42,114 nucleotides of DNA from Rhodocyclales bacterium (GTDB lineage: Bacteria > Pseudomonadota > Gammaproteobacteria > Burkholderiales > Rhodocyclaceae). A model generated the notes under the pieces. That model was not told the origin of the DNA. It did no database searches and was given only the letters and a program-made list of their open reading frames with translations. The position numbers were made by a program, and so were the translations under genes. Below are positions 9,326-18,600 of the stretch, one piece after another; position 1 is the stretch's first letter, and every line of letters starts with the position of its first letter. The stretch is taken from assembly GCA_050872585.1 (NCBI GenBank), contig JBNMHE010000001.1:1-42114 (forward strand), given 5' to 3'.

Positions 9326-10521
9326 TTGTTTTCCTCCAAAACATTTTCAACACGCACTTTCAAAGTGGTATGCGCCATTTTGACGTGCAAAAAAACGCCT
9401 TTTTTAACGCGATTGCCATCAAAAATCAACTTTTTGTTTTCATCCAAAATCAAGGCATAGCCGCGTTTTAAAAGATGATTGGGATTCATTAAAGCCATTT
9501 TTTCTTTGAACAAAAAACATTGTTGGCGCATGTGTTCGTATTTTGCATTGATTTTTTGCGGCAAAACAAATTGAAAACGCGCCAAAATCAATTTTTGGCG
9601 CGCCAATTGTGTATTGGGCGACAAATGCGCCATTTGGTGTGCCAGTTGCCATAATTTTTCTTGTTTTTGTTTCAGTTGCGCTTCAAACAAAATGCGCAGT
9701 TGATTTTTAAAAAACAATAAGGCGTTGAGCACATTTTCCAAACGTTGGCGAACGCGCATAGCGGCATCGGTTGGCGTGGATGCGCGTTCATCGGCAACAA
9801 AATCGCACAAAGAAACATCGGCTTCATGGCCAATTCCACTGATGGTGGGCGTTTTCAAATGGGCAAAGGTGCGCACCACGTTTTCATGGTCAAATGCCGA
9901 CAAATCCGAGGAAGCACCGCCCCCACGCGATAAAATAATCACATCACAACCGGCATTGTCGGCTTGTTTTAAAGCCAACACCAAAGAATCAGGCGCCAGA
10001 TCGCCTTGCACTTGCGCATTAAAAATTTGTGTGCAAATGGGTAACCCCCGAAAACGCGCCAAAATATCATGCACCGCATCGCCAGATTGACTGGTCACAA
10101 TGGCCACATTCAACATCACAAAAGGAAGCGGTTTTTTGCGCGACAGCAAAAACAACCCTTCTTTTTCCAGTTGCGCTTTCAAGCGCGCCAAGTCTTCTTT
10201 TTGCGCGCCCAAACCGGCTTGGCGCACGCTTTGCACATTCAGTTGAAGCGTGCCGCGTTTGTTGTAAAAACGCCAGTTGGCCGCAATTTCTATTTTGTTG
10301 CCATTTTGCAAGCGGTATTTGCTTGGCGCATAAGTATTCGCCCAAATCACACAAGACAAAGCAGCATGGCCGTCGGTGAGCATAAAATAAAAATGCCCGT
10401 TGGCCGATTTTTTTAAATCCAGCACTTCGCCTTGCACCCACATTGCATTGGGAAAATCATTTTTCAACACATTTTCCATTGCCGCGCACATTTGCGAAAC
10501 ACTTAAAACATTTTCATTCAT
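9322..10521 (-). CDS. xseA: exodeoxyribonuclease VII large subunit
   Basis: It has an OB-fold N-terminus (VWVQGEV...GHFYFMLTD), a catalytic core (IILSRGGGASSDL, ISGIGHEAD) and a long coiled C-terminus. ATG at 10521 (MNENVLSVSQM) is preferred over the track start at 10575, which lies inside a repeat copy. Confidence 0.88.
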   Translation of the reverse strand: MNENVLSVSQMCAAMENVLKNDFPNAMWVQGEVLDLKKSANGHFYFMLTDGHAALSCVIWANTYAPSKYRLQNGNKIEIAANWRFYNKRGTLQLNVQSVRQAGLGAQKEDLARLKAQLEKEGLFLLSRKKPLPFVMLNVAIVTSQSGDAVHDILARFRGLPICTQIFNAQVQGDLAPDSLVLALKQADNAGCDVIILSRGGGASSDLSAFDHENVVRTFAHLKTPTISGIGHEADVSLCDFVADERASTPTDAAMRVRQRLENVLNALLFFKNQLRILFEAQLKQKQEKLWQLAHQMAHLSPNTQLARQKLILARFQFVLPQKINAKYEHMRQQCFLFKEKMALMNPNHLLKRGYALILDENKKLIFDGNRVKKGVFLHVKMAHTTLKVRVENVLEENK

Positions 10522-10564
10522 TTGTTTTTTTCCTTTTGATTTTGTTTGGCATTTTGCTGGTTTT

Positions 10565-10576
10565 TCCACGGTCAAC
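10565..10576 (-). repeat. 12-mer repeat copy (plus strand reads TCCACGGTCAAC)
   Basis: Exact match between the methyltransferase stop and the xseA start. Confidence 0.95.
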
Positions 10577-10604
10577 GCAAAATTTTTTTTATTTTTATTT
10601 ATTT

Positions 10605-11777
10605 TTATTCTTCTAATTTTTTTAAAAACGGCAAAAAGGATTCATTTAACAAACTATTTTCCAAACTTTGTTGCGAAAATAAAAAACGACCATCGCAAAC
10701 AAAACCCAAATCTTGCCAATTATTTTGATTAAGCAAAAAACACAATTGTTTTAAACTTTCTTCATTGACTTTAAATTTTGGAAAAATCGCCAAAACAGAA
10801 CCATCATAAGCATAAACAGAATGAATAAAAAATGGAAAAGCATAACGCGTTTTGCAATTCACATAAATTCTAGGCAAATCACTTTTGAAATAATCGCGTC
10901 CCCATTCCCACCAATTATTTTCATTCATTTTTTTAATTTTTCTATTGACTAATTGCGTTTTGTATTTTTTTAAATATTTTTTATTTTCATCATTAAAATA
11001 ATAAATCATTTTTTTTGTTTTTCCGGTTTGATTGGTTTTGGAACAAACAAAATCCAAATTGCCGTATTTTTCATTTTCAAAAATCAAATCGGAACCGCTA
11101 ACAGCGCCAACTTTTACAAAAAACAAATCTTTAAAAAAAACGGGATAGTTGTTTTGGGTAAAAAATAATTGTCCTTGAATACAATGAAAATAATTTTTAA
11201 AATTAAAATTATTCTTTTCAAAACGCCAAATTGCACAATTAGGTTGCGCATCGGAAAATAATTTTACATCGCCCAAATCTATAAAATGTGTAATAGAACC
11301 TTGTTGAAAAATAAACTCATTAAGTTTTTTGGCAGAAGTGCTTTTCATAAAATCGCGCGGTGTAATAAAAACCAATTCTCCATTTTCTTTTAAATGCAAA
11401 ATACATTTGTAAATAAAAAACAAATACAAATTGGCATTTTTATAAAACAAAGAATGAAAATTTTTTAATAAATTTTTTTTTGTTTTTGGTAATATATTTT
11501 GGTATTTAACATAAGGCGGATTACCAATAATAACATCAAATTTTTCATTTAAAGGATAATCAAAAAAATCTATATTTAAAATCTCTTTTTGTTTGATGGC
11601 GTTTTGGTCTAATTCTATTCCAATTTTGTGCGCCGGCAATTGTTGAAAAAAAGCGCCATTGCCGGCGCTGGGTTCCAAATAACGTGCTTGTGGATTTTGA
11701 TTGTGAATCAACAACAACATTTGTTGAACCAGATTTTCAGGCGTGAAAAATTGTCCAAAATGGTCTTTTTTTTTCAT
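10605..11777 (-). CDS. gamma-class N6-adenine DNA methyltransferase (TaqI/Eco57I-like), with no adjacent endonuclease
   Basis: 390-aa ORF with motif X FGQFFTP, motif I LEPSAGNGAF and motif IV IIGNPPYVKY in gamma order, followed by a C-terminal target-recognition region. It is strongly AT-rich compared with its neighbours. Confidence 0.8.
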   Translation of the reverse strand: MKKKDHFGQFFTPENLVQQMLLLIHNQNPQARYLEPSAGNGAFFQQLPAHKIGIELDQNAIKQKEILNIDFFDYPLNEKFDVIIGNPPYVKYQNILPKTKKNLLKNFHSLFYKNANLYLFFIYKCILHLKENGELVFITPRDFMKSTSAKKLNEFIFQQGSITHFIDLGDVKLFSDAQPNCAIWRFEKNNFNFKNYFHCIQGQLFFTQNNYPVFFKDLFFVKVGAVSGSDLIFENEKYGNLDFVCSKTNQTGKTKKMIYYFNDENKKYLKKYKTQLVNRKIKKMNENNWWEWGRDYFKSDLPRIYVNCKTRYAFPFFIHSVYAYDGSVLAIFPKFKVNEESLKQLCFLLNQNNWQDLGFVCDGRFLFSQQSLENSLLNESFLPFLKKLEE

Positions 11778-11810
11778 TTTTTAAAATAAAAAAAGATAAA
11801 ACGGCAAAAG

Positions 11811-12192
11811 GAAAAGTCGCCCGATAAGCCGGGTTCTGTGCGATTAAAATCGTGGCAATCATTCATCTAGGCGTTGAATTGCTCCAACGCTCAAGCGACC
11901 AACCCGAAAACAACGCGGGCAACGTTTTGGTTTTCCTATTTGGTCTTGCTGCAAATGGGGTTTGCCATGCCGCAAATGTTGCCATTTGCGCGGTAGGCTC
12001 TTACCCTGCCGTTTCACCCTTGCCTGTGCGCATCAAGCGCCATCGGCGGTTTGTTTTCTGTGGCACTTTCCATCGCCTTGGGGATGATCCATCCTTATAG
12101 CGTCCGGCCGTTAGCCGGCATTCTGCCCTGTGCAGCCCGGACTTTCCTCCCGCTTTATTCAATAAGCCAGCGATTGCCTGAGCGACTTTTCG
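11811..12192 (-). ncRNA. rnpB: RNase P RNA, bacterial type A
   Basis: The reverse complement contains GAGGAAAGTCCGGGCT, CAAACCGCCGATGGC, AAGGGTGAAACGGCAGGGTAAGAGCCTACCGCGC, CCTAGATGAATGATTGCCACG and ACAGAACCCGGCTTATCGG. These are collinear with E. coli M1 RNA, and the P1 stem is formed by GAAAAGTCGC/GCGACTTTTC. Confidence 0.95.
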
Positions 12193-12198
12193 GTTTCA

Positions 12199-12204
12199 AT
12201 TATA
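12199..12204 (-). promoter_or_regulatory. candidate -10 box (TATAAT) for rnpB
   Basis: A perfect TATAAT on the minus strand ends about 7 nt upstream of the predicted rnpB 5' end. A TTGAAC upstream is only 11 nt away, so the -35 box is unclear. Confidence 0.35.
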
Positions 12205-12274
12205 CGCCAAAACACGTTCAATTTTTTTTATTTGTTTTTTTATCATTTTTTTGAATAAAAAAATAATTGAAACA

Positions 12275-12308
12275 ATTTAAATCATTTAAATCGTTTAAAT
12301 CATTTAAA
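12275..12308. repeat. about 3.8 tandem copies of the 9-mer ATTTAAATC
   Basis: Read directly: ATTTAAATC, ATTTAAATC, GTTTAAATC, ATTTAAA. The tract lies between the cysK terminator and the rnpB promoter region. Confidence 0.9.
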
Positions 12309-12322
12309 AAAAATAAAAAAAA

Positions 12323-12371
12323 TCCACGGTCGACTTAAATTTTTTTAAAAAAATTTGCCGTTGACCGTGGA
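12323..12371. terminator. inverted pair of the 12-mer repeat (variant TCCACGGTCGAC at 12323-12334, GTTGACCGTGGA at 12360-12371) after cysK
   Basis: Complementary arms with one mismatch, 30 nt downstream of the cysK stop on the minus strand. Confidence 0.45.
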
Positions 12372-12400
12372 TTTTTTCAAGTTAAAACAACAAGCATTTT

Positions 12401-13333
12401 TTAAACTTCCAAATCTGCAAACAAAGCCGTTGATAAATAACGCTCACCATAAGATGGAATCACCGTCACAATCAATTTGTTGGCATTTTCCGGGCGTTTT
12501 GCCACATTCAAAGCTGCCCACGTTGCCGCCCCAGAGGAAATGCCCACCAACAAACCTTCTTGACTTGCCAAATTGCGCGCGGTTTGAAAAGCATTTTCAG
12601 CTGAAACGGGAATGATTTCATCAATCATTTGGGTGTTCAACACTTTGGGAATAAAACCGGCACCAATGCCTTGAATGGGATGCGCGCCTTTGGGTTTGCC
12701 TGCCAAAACTTGCGAAGTTTCCGGCTCTACCGCCACAATTTGAAGATTCTTGTTTCTTTGTTTTAACACTTCGCCAATGCCGGTAATGGTGCCGCCCGTG
12801 CCCACACCCGCGACCAAAATATCAATTTTTCCATCGGTATCACGCCAAATTTCTTCGGCGGTGCTTTGGCGATGAATTTGCGGATTAGCAGGATTTTCAA
12901 ATTGCTGCGCCAAAAAATATTTGGAATCGGATGCGGCAATTTCTTTTGCTTTGGCAATGGCACCGGGCATTCCTTCTGAACCGGGCGTTAAAATCAAATC
13001 CGCGCCATAAGCCTTTAACAAAAGTCGCCGCTCGCGGCTCATGGTGTCGGGCATCACAAACACAGCTTGGTAACCTTTGGCTGCGGCAACCATGGCCAAA
13101 CCGATTCCGGTATTGCCCGATGTGGGTTCAATAATCACCGAACCTTGTTTTAATTTGCCTTGTTTTTCGGCCTCTTCAACCATGGCAAACGCAATGCGGT
13201 CTTTCACCGAATGCCCAGGATTAAAATATTCCAACTTCAAAGCAATATCGGCATTGAAACCTTTTGTCAGACGATTTAACCGCACCAAAGGTGTGTTCCC
13301 AATTAAATCCAAAATGCTGTTGTGAATGTTCAT
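12401..13333 (-). CDS. cysK: cysteine synthase A (O-acetylserine sulfhydrylase)
   Basis: 310-aa ORF with the PLP-lysine motif NPGHSVKDR and the loops [10 protein letters not shown] and [10 protein letters not shown]. Confidence 0.92.
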   Translation of the reverse strand: MNIHNSILDLIGNTPLVRLNRLTKGFNADIALKLEYFNPGHSVKDRIAFAMVEEAEKQGKLKQGSVIIEPTSGNTGIGLAMVAAAKGYQAVFVMPDTMSRERRLLLKAYGADLILTPGSEGMPGAIAKAKEIAASDSKYFLAQQFENPANPQIHRQSTAEEIWRDTDGKIDILVAGVGTGGTITGIGEVLKQRNKNLQIVAVEPETSQVLAGKPKGAHPIQGIGAGFIPKVLNTQMIDEIIPVSAENAFQTARNLASQEGLLVGISSGAATWAALNVAKRPENANKLIVTVIPSYGERYLSTALFADLEV

Positions 13334-13446
13334 TTTTTTCTACCTTATTGAAAATCAAAAAACAAACGCATTAAAAAAGGATTTGATTAACCTGTAAAAT
13401 GTTATTTTTTATTTTTTTTATTCTTTTTTGGAATAAATGAAGATTT

Positions 13447-13458
13447 TCCACGGTCAAC
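13447..13458 (-). repeat. 12-mer repeat copy (plus strand reads TCCACGGTCAAC)
   Basis: Exact match in the divergent gap between cysK and the TPR/GT41 gene. Confidence 0.95.
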
Positions 13459-13525
13459 GTCTTATTTTTTTCAAAAATAAAAAAGGTAAAATGCTTTTTG
13501 GTGTGATTTTTAAAACTATTTTTTT

Positions 13526-15574
13526 ATGGAAAAAGATTTTTTTTATTTTGAAAGTGCCATTTTAAGTGCCGCCCAAAGAAACGATTTTGCGCGTGTTTTG
13601 CGTCTTTCAGAAGAATGTCAAGCGCATTTTCCACAACATCCTTTTGGTTTTAAAGCGCAAGGTTTTGCTTATGTGCAGTTGAATCAAAAACACAAAGCCT
13701 TGCCTGCGATGTATCAAGCTGTTTTATTGGATCCTTTGGATGCTGAATCGCTTTCCAATTACGGCCAAACGCTCACCGATTGCGCCACAACCCATGATGA
13801 TTTTTTGCAAGCGCGCTCTTTTTTGGAAGAAGCCTTGCGCATTGCCCCAGAAAGTGCGGTTTTTTTAAACAATTTGGCAGCCAATTTAATCAACGACAAC
13901 GACCCCAAAAATTTACAAAAAGCCAAAGAATTGGCCTTGCGCGCCATTCAAATTGATTCCCACAATGCCATGGCTTACAACAATGTAGGTTTGGCGTTTT
14001 ACCATTTGAAACAAGATGATTTTGCCAAAGAGTATTTGGAAAAAGCGCTTCAAATCAATCCCAAATTGGCGCAAGCCTTAGATGGTTTGGGACATTTGGC
14101 GCGCAAAAAAAGAAAACCCATGCAAGCGCTTTTTTATCACCAACAAGCAGTAGAATGCAATCCCGATAATCCCAAATTGGTATTGAGTTTGGCCAAAGCT
14201 TTGCACGATGTGGGCGAAACACCAATGGCGCGCGTTTTGTTACAAGAATTAGAAAAACAGCCCAACATGGCTTATCACGCTTTGCAATACCGAATGATGA
14301 TGGATCCGTATTGCGAATCCACGACACTTGAAATGGTCAGTGATGTGATTAAACGCTTGAAAAAAATTACCCAAGAAATTTATCCGCAAAAACTAACCAA
14401 CACCGCGCCCATCAAACCCAAAGAACGTTTGCGCATAGGCTTTTTAACGGCGGATTTGCGCCAACATGTTTGTTCTTTTTTTATTTTTCCACTGCTGTTG
14501 GGCAAAGAAAAAATCAATGCGCCTTTTGATTTTATTGCGCTGGATACTTCCGACAAACTCAACAGTTTCAACGACGAAACTGCGGAAGTTTTTTTGCCTT
14601 ATTTTTCAGAATGGCATTATGTTCGGCATTTGCACGACAAAGAATTGGCCAATTTTATACAAGAAAAAAACATTGATATTTTGCTGGATTTATCCGGTTA
14701 TACTGATGGCAATCGTTTGTCCGTATTTTCTTTGAATCCGGCTCCAGTTTCGGCAACATGGATTGGATGGTTAGGCAGCACCGGTTTTGATGGCATTGGG
14801 CACATTTTGGTCAATTCCATTTTGGTTCCCCAAAAAGAAAACGAGGCGCAATTTTCAGAAAAAGCACTGTATTTAAAACATTCTTGGGCGTGTTATCACC
14901 CGGCAGGCGATATGCCACCTTTGTTTGATCTTCCTGCTTTAAAAAACAAGCACATTACTTTTGGTGCCTTTCACAATCCCAACAAAGTGCAAGAGCCCAC
15001 CTTAAAACTTTGGGCGGCTGTTTTACAAAAAATTCCCAATGCCAAATTGATTTGGGTGCGAGGTGATTTGGCGGACAAAGCCTTGGCAGACAAATACCGC
15101 AACAAATTGCGCCAACTGGGCGTTTTGCCGCATCAAGTGCACTTGTTTGCCAATCGTTCGGCAGCGCAATACGTCAAGCAATACCAAAATATTGATTTTG
15201 TTTTGGATACTTATCCAGCTTCGGCAGGCGCCACCGCTTGTGAAGCGCTTTACAACGGCATTCCACTGGTAACTTTAACGGGAACTCTCATGGCATCACG
15301 CCTTTCCGCCAATGCTTTAACACATTGCGGATTAAGCAATTGGATTTGTTCCACCCAAGAAGAATATGTGGAAAAAGCCTGTTTGTTTGCCCAAGATTTT
15401 GTGGAAAATGCGCCAAAATGGAATGCGTTTCGGCACAATTTGCGCACGCAATTTATGAATAGCCCAATGGGCAATGCGGCTTTGTTTGCAGAAGATTTTT
15501 TGGGCGCATTAAAAAATGTTTATGATTCTTGGCGTTTTGAAGAATTAGAAAAAAATAAAAAATTAAAAAATTAA
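13526..15574 (+). CDS. TPR-repeat protein with a C-terminal GT41-like (O-GlcNAc transferase/SPINDLY family) glycosyltransferase domain
   Basis: 682-aa ORF. The N-terminal roughly 270 aa contain TPR-like repeats (AxxNxGxAxxxL patterns). The C-terminal part (ITFGAFHNPNKV, DTYPASAGATACEALYNGIPLVTL) is typical of bacterial GT41 proteins. Confidence 0.7.
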   Translation: MEKDFFYFESAILSAAQRNDFARVLRLSEECQAHFPQHPFGFKAQGFAYVQLNQKHKALPAMYQAVLLDPLDAESLSNYGQTLTDCATTHDDFLQARSFLEEALRIAPESAVFLNNLAANLINDNDPKNLQKAKELALRAIQIDSHNAMAYNNVGLAFYHLKQDDFAKEYLEKALQINPKLAQALDGLGHLARKKRKPMQALFYHQQAVECNPDNPKLVLSLAKALHDVGETPMARVLLQELEKQPNMAYHALQYRMMMDPYCESTTLEMVSDVIKRLKKITQEIYPQKLTNTAPIKPKERLRIGFLTADLRQHVCSFFIFPLLLGKEKINAPFDFIALDTSDKLNSFNDETAEVFLPYFSEWHYVRHLHDKELANFIQEKNIDILLDLSGYTDGNRLSVFSLNPAPVSATWIGWLGSTGFDGIGHILVNSILVPQKENEAQFSEKALYLKHSWACYHPAGDMPPLFDLPALKNKHITFGAFHNPNKVQEPTLKLWAAVLQKIPNAKLIWVRGDLADKALADKYRNKLRQLGVLPHQVHLFANRSAAQYVKQYQNIDFVLDTYPASAGATACEALYNGIPLVTLTGTLMASRLSANALTHCGLSNWICSTQEEYVEKACLFAQDFVENAPKWNAFRHNLRTQFMNSPMGNAALFAEDFLGALKNVYDSWRFEELEKNKKLKN

Positions 15575-15578
15575 AAAA

Positions 15579-15590
15579 TCCACGGTCAAC
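15579..15590 (-). repeat. 12-mer repeat copy (plus strand reads TCCACGGTCAAC)
   Basis: Exact match in the convergent gap between the TPR/GT41 gene and dnaE. Confidence 0.95.
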
Positions 15591-15618
15591 GGATTATTTT
15601 TTTAAAATAAAAAAACAC

Positions 15619-18600
15619 TTAACGCACAAAATCAGAATAAAACAATTGCACTTGTGGCATTTTTTGTTTTAATTCCAATAACAATGGAATTTGCGGTTGC
15701 ACTTTGTAAGATTCTCCTAAATTCAAACGGCATTTTGCCTTTTGGTTTTGATAATGAATCATAATTTTACAATTGCCGCCCAAATAAGGTTTTAAACTGG
15801 TTTTTAAATCCTTGATGTTGATATTATCTTTTTCATGAATGGTTAATAAAATGGTTTTTAAATAGTGCGTGCGAAAATTGGCCAAATTCATTGCCAATTC
15901 TGGTCGTGCCAAAAAGCGTTCGTGGTGATGGTCTTTGTCTATTTTGGTTTTCACCAACAAAACTTTGTCTTTTTCTATTTGGTTTTTCAATTCAAAGTAT
16001 TTTTCAGCATAAAACATCAATTCAAAACTGCCTTTGCCATCATCCAAAGTCACAAAATAAATTTTGCCTTTGGCGGTGGTTTTGTCGCGAATGTTTGACA
16101 CCACGCCTGAGAGCCACACGCTTTCTTTTTGCACGCTTAAATGGTCAAGCGAAAAAGCCAAGGCGCTTTTTAATTCTTTTTCATACAAAGAAAATGGATG
16201 CCCAGAACAATAAAAACCCAACACGGCTTTTTCTTCCGACAATTTTTTTAAGCCATCCCAAGCAGGCACGGTTTTGTATTCCGGCATGGCAAAGTTGGCG
16301 CTATCGCCCAAAGCATCAAAAAGCGAGCCTTGGTTGGCGTTTTTTTGTTCATTGGCGGCGTATTCCATGGCGGTTTCAACATTTGCCAAAAGCTGTTCGC
16401 GCGGCATACCGAATTCGTCCATGGCACCTGCGGCAATTAAACTATCCAAGGCGCGGCGGTTGACAATTTGTTTGTCGCAACGTTTGCAAAAATCAAACAA
16501 ATCTTTGAATTTGCCGCCTTTTTCGCGCGCTGCCATCATCGCCAAAACGGCGTTTTCTCCCACACCTTTGATGGCGCCCAAACCATAACGGATGGTTTTT
16601 GAATCGCTGGGCACAAAGCGGTAATCGGATTCGTTGACCGAAGGTGGCAAAATTGTTAAGTGGTTTTTGACGGCATCGTCAAAAAAGATTTTCACCGTAT
16701 CCGTTTTGTCCATTTCAGAAGACAACGTTGCCGCCATAAATGCCGCTGGATGATGCACTTTGAGCCACGCCGTTTGATACGTTAAAACCGCATAAGCCGC
16801 CGTGTGCGATTTGTTAAAGCCGTATTCCGCAAATTTTGCCATTAAATCAAAAAGATGCGCGGCCAATTCTTCTTTGTAACCTTTTTGAATAGCGCCATCA
16901 ATGATGGTTTGGCGATGTTTTGCCATTTCTTCGGGCTTTTTCTTGCCCATGGCGCGGCGCAACATATCCGCACCGCCCAACGTATAACCACCGATAATTT
17001 GGGAGATTTGCATCACCTGTTCTTGATAAACAATCACGCCATAAGTGGGTTCCAACACGTTTTTTAAATCCGGGTGGAAAAAATCAATTTTTTGCGTGCC
17101 TTTTTTGCGCGCAATAAAATCATCCACCATTCCAGAATTTAAAGGTCCCGGGCGGTAAAGCGCCAAAACGGCGATGATGTCTTCAAATCTGCCCGGCTCC
17201 AACTTTTTCAACAATTGTTTCATTCCATCGGATTCAAGTTGGAACACGGCGGTGGTGTTGGCTTCTTTTAAAAGTTGATAAACCGCAGGGTCATCAAAGC
17301 CAAGCGCCATTAAATCGGGGCGTTTGCCGCTTTCTTTTTCAATATACGACAATGCCAAATTGATGATGGTGAGATTTCTTAAACCCAAAAAGTCAAACTT
17401 CACCAAGCCGATTTTTTCCACATCGTCTTTGTCAAATTGCGAAACAAGCGAAGCGTCCTGCGCACCCAAATACATCGGGCAAAAATCGCTGATTTTGGAA
17501 GGCGCAATTAAAACGCCGCCGGCGTGCATGCCTGTGTTGCGGGTTAAATCTTCCAAAGCAATGGCAAGTTCAAAGAGATTTTTAATGGATTCGCCATCGC
17601 GCGAATCGTTCATCATCTCCACAATTTGCGGTTCTTTTTCTTTGGCAACAGAAAGCGACACAGGGCGATTGCCTTCAAAAGGAATAAGTTTGCTCAAACG
17701 GTCGCACAAAGAATAAGGCATACTTAACACACGTCCTACATCACGCAAAACTGCGCGGGAAGCCATCGTGCCAAAAGTCACAATTTGAGAAACTGCCGAT
17801 TTGCCATAACGCTCGCGCACGTAATCAATCACGCGGCCGCGGTTATCTTGGCAAAAATCCACATCAAAGTCGGGCATAGAAACGCGTTCAGGATTCAAAA
17901 AACGCTCAAAAAGCAAGGCATACGCCAGCGGGTCAATATCGGTAATACCCAAAGCAAATGCCACCAGCGAACCCGCGCCTGAGCCGCGCCCGGGGCCAAC
18001 CGGCACATTGTTGTTTTTGCCCCAGTTGATAAAATCCGCCACGATTAAAAAATAACCTTGAAAACCCATTTGCACAATGGTGTTGCTTTCAAAAGCCAAG
18101 CGTTCTTCATAAATGGGGCGCTTGGCATTGCGCACGGTTTCATCGGGATACAGTTGGATTAAGCGTTTTTCTAAACCTTTTTTTGCCTCATCAATCATAA
18201 AATCGGCAACGCTTTGCCCTTTGGGCGTTGGAAAATCGGGTAAAAAATGCTGCCCGAGTTCTAACTCCAAATTGCAACGTTTGGCAATTTCCACAGAATT
18301 GGCAAGCGCTTGTGGAAAATCGGAAAACAGCGCTTGCATTTCTTCTTGCGTTTTAAAGTATTGCTCTTTGGTGAAATTTTTCACCCGATTGGGATTAGAC
18401 AAAACTTCACTTTCGGCAATGCACACCCGCACTTCATGTGCCAAAAAATCTTCTGGTTTTAAAAATTGAATAGGATGCGTCGCCACAAGCGGCAAATCCA
18501 ATTCTGTTGCAAGGCGATGCGTTTGATCAAGTAGCCAATCGGCATTTTTTTGTCCAAAACGCTGCACTTCCAAATAAAAAGAATCAGGGAACAATGCTTG

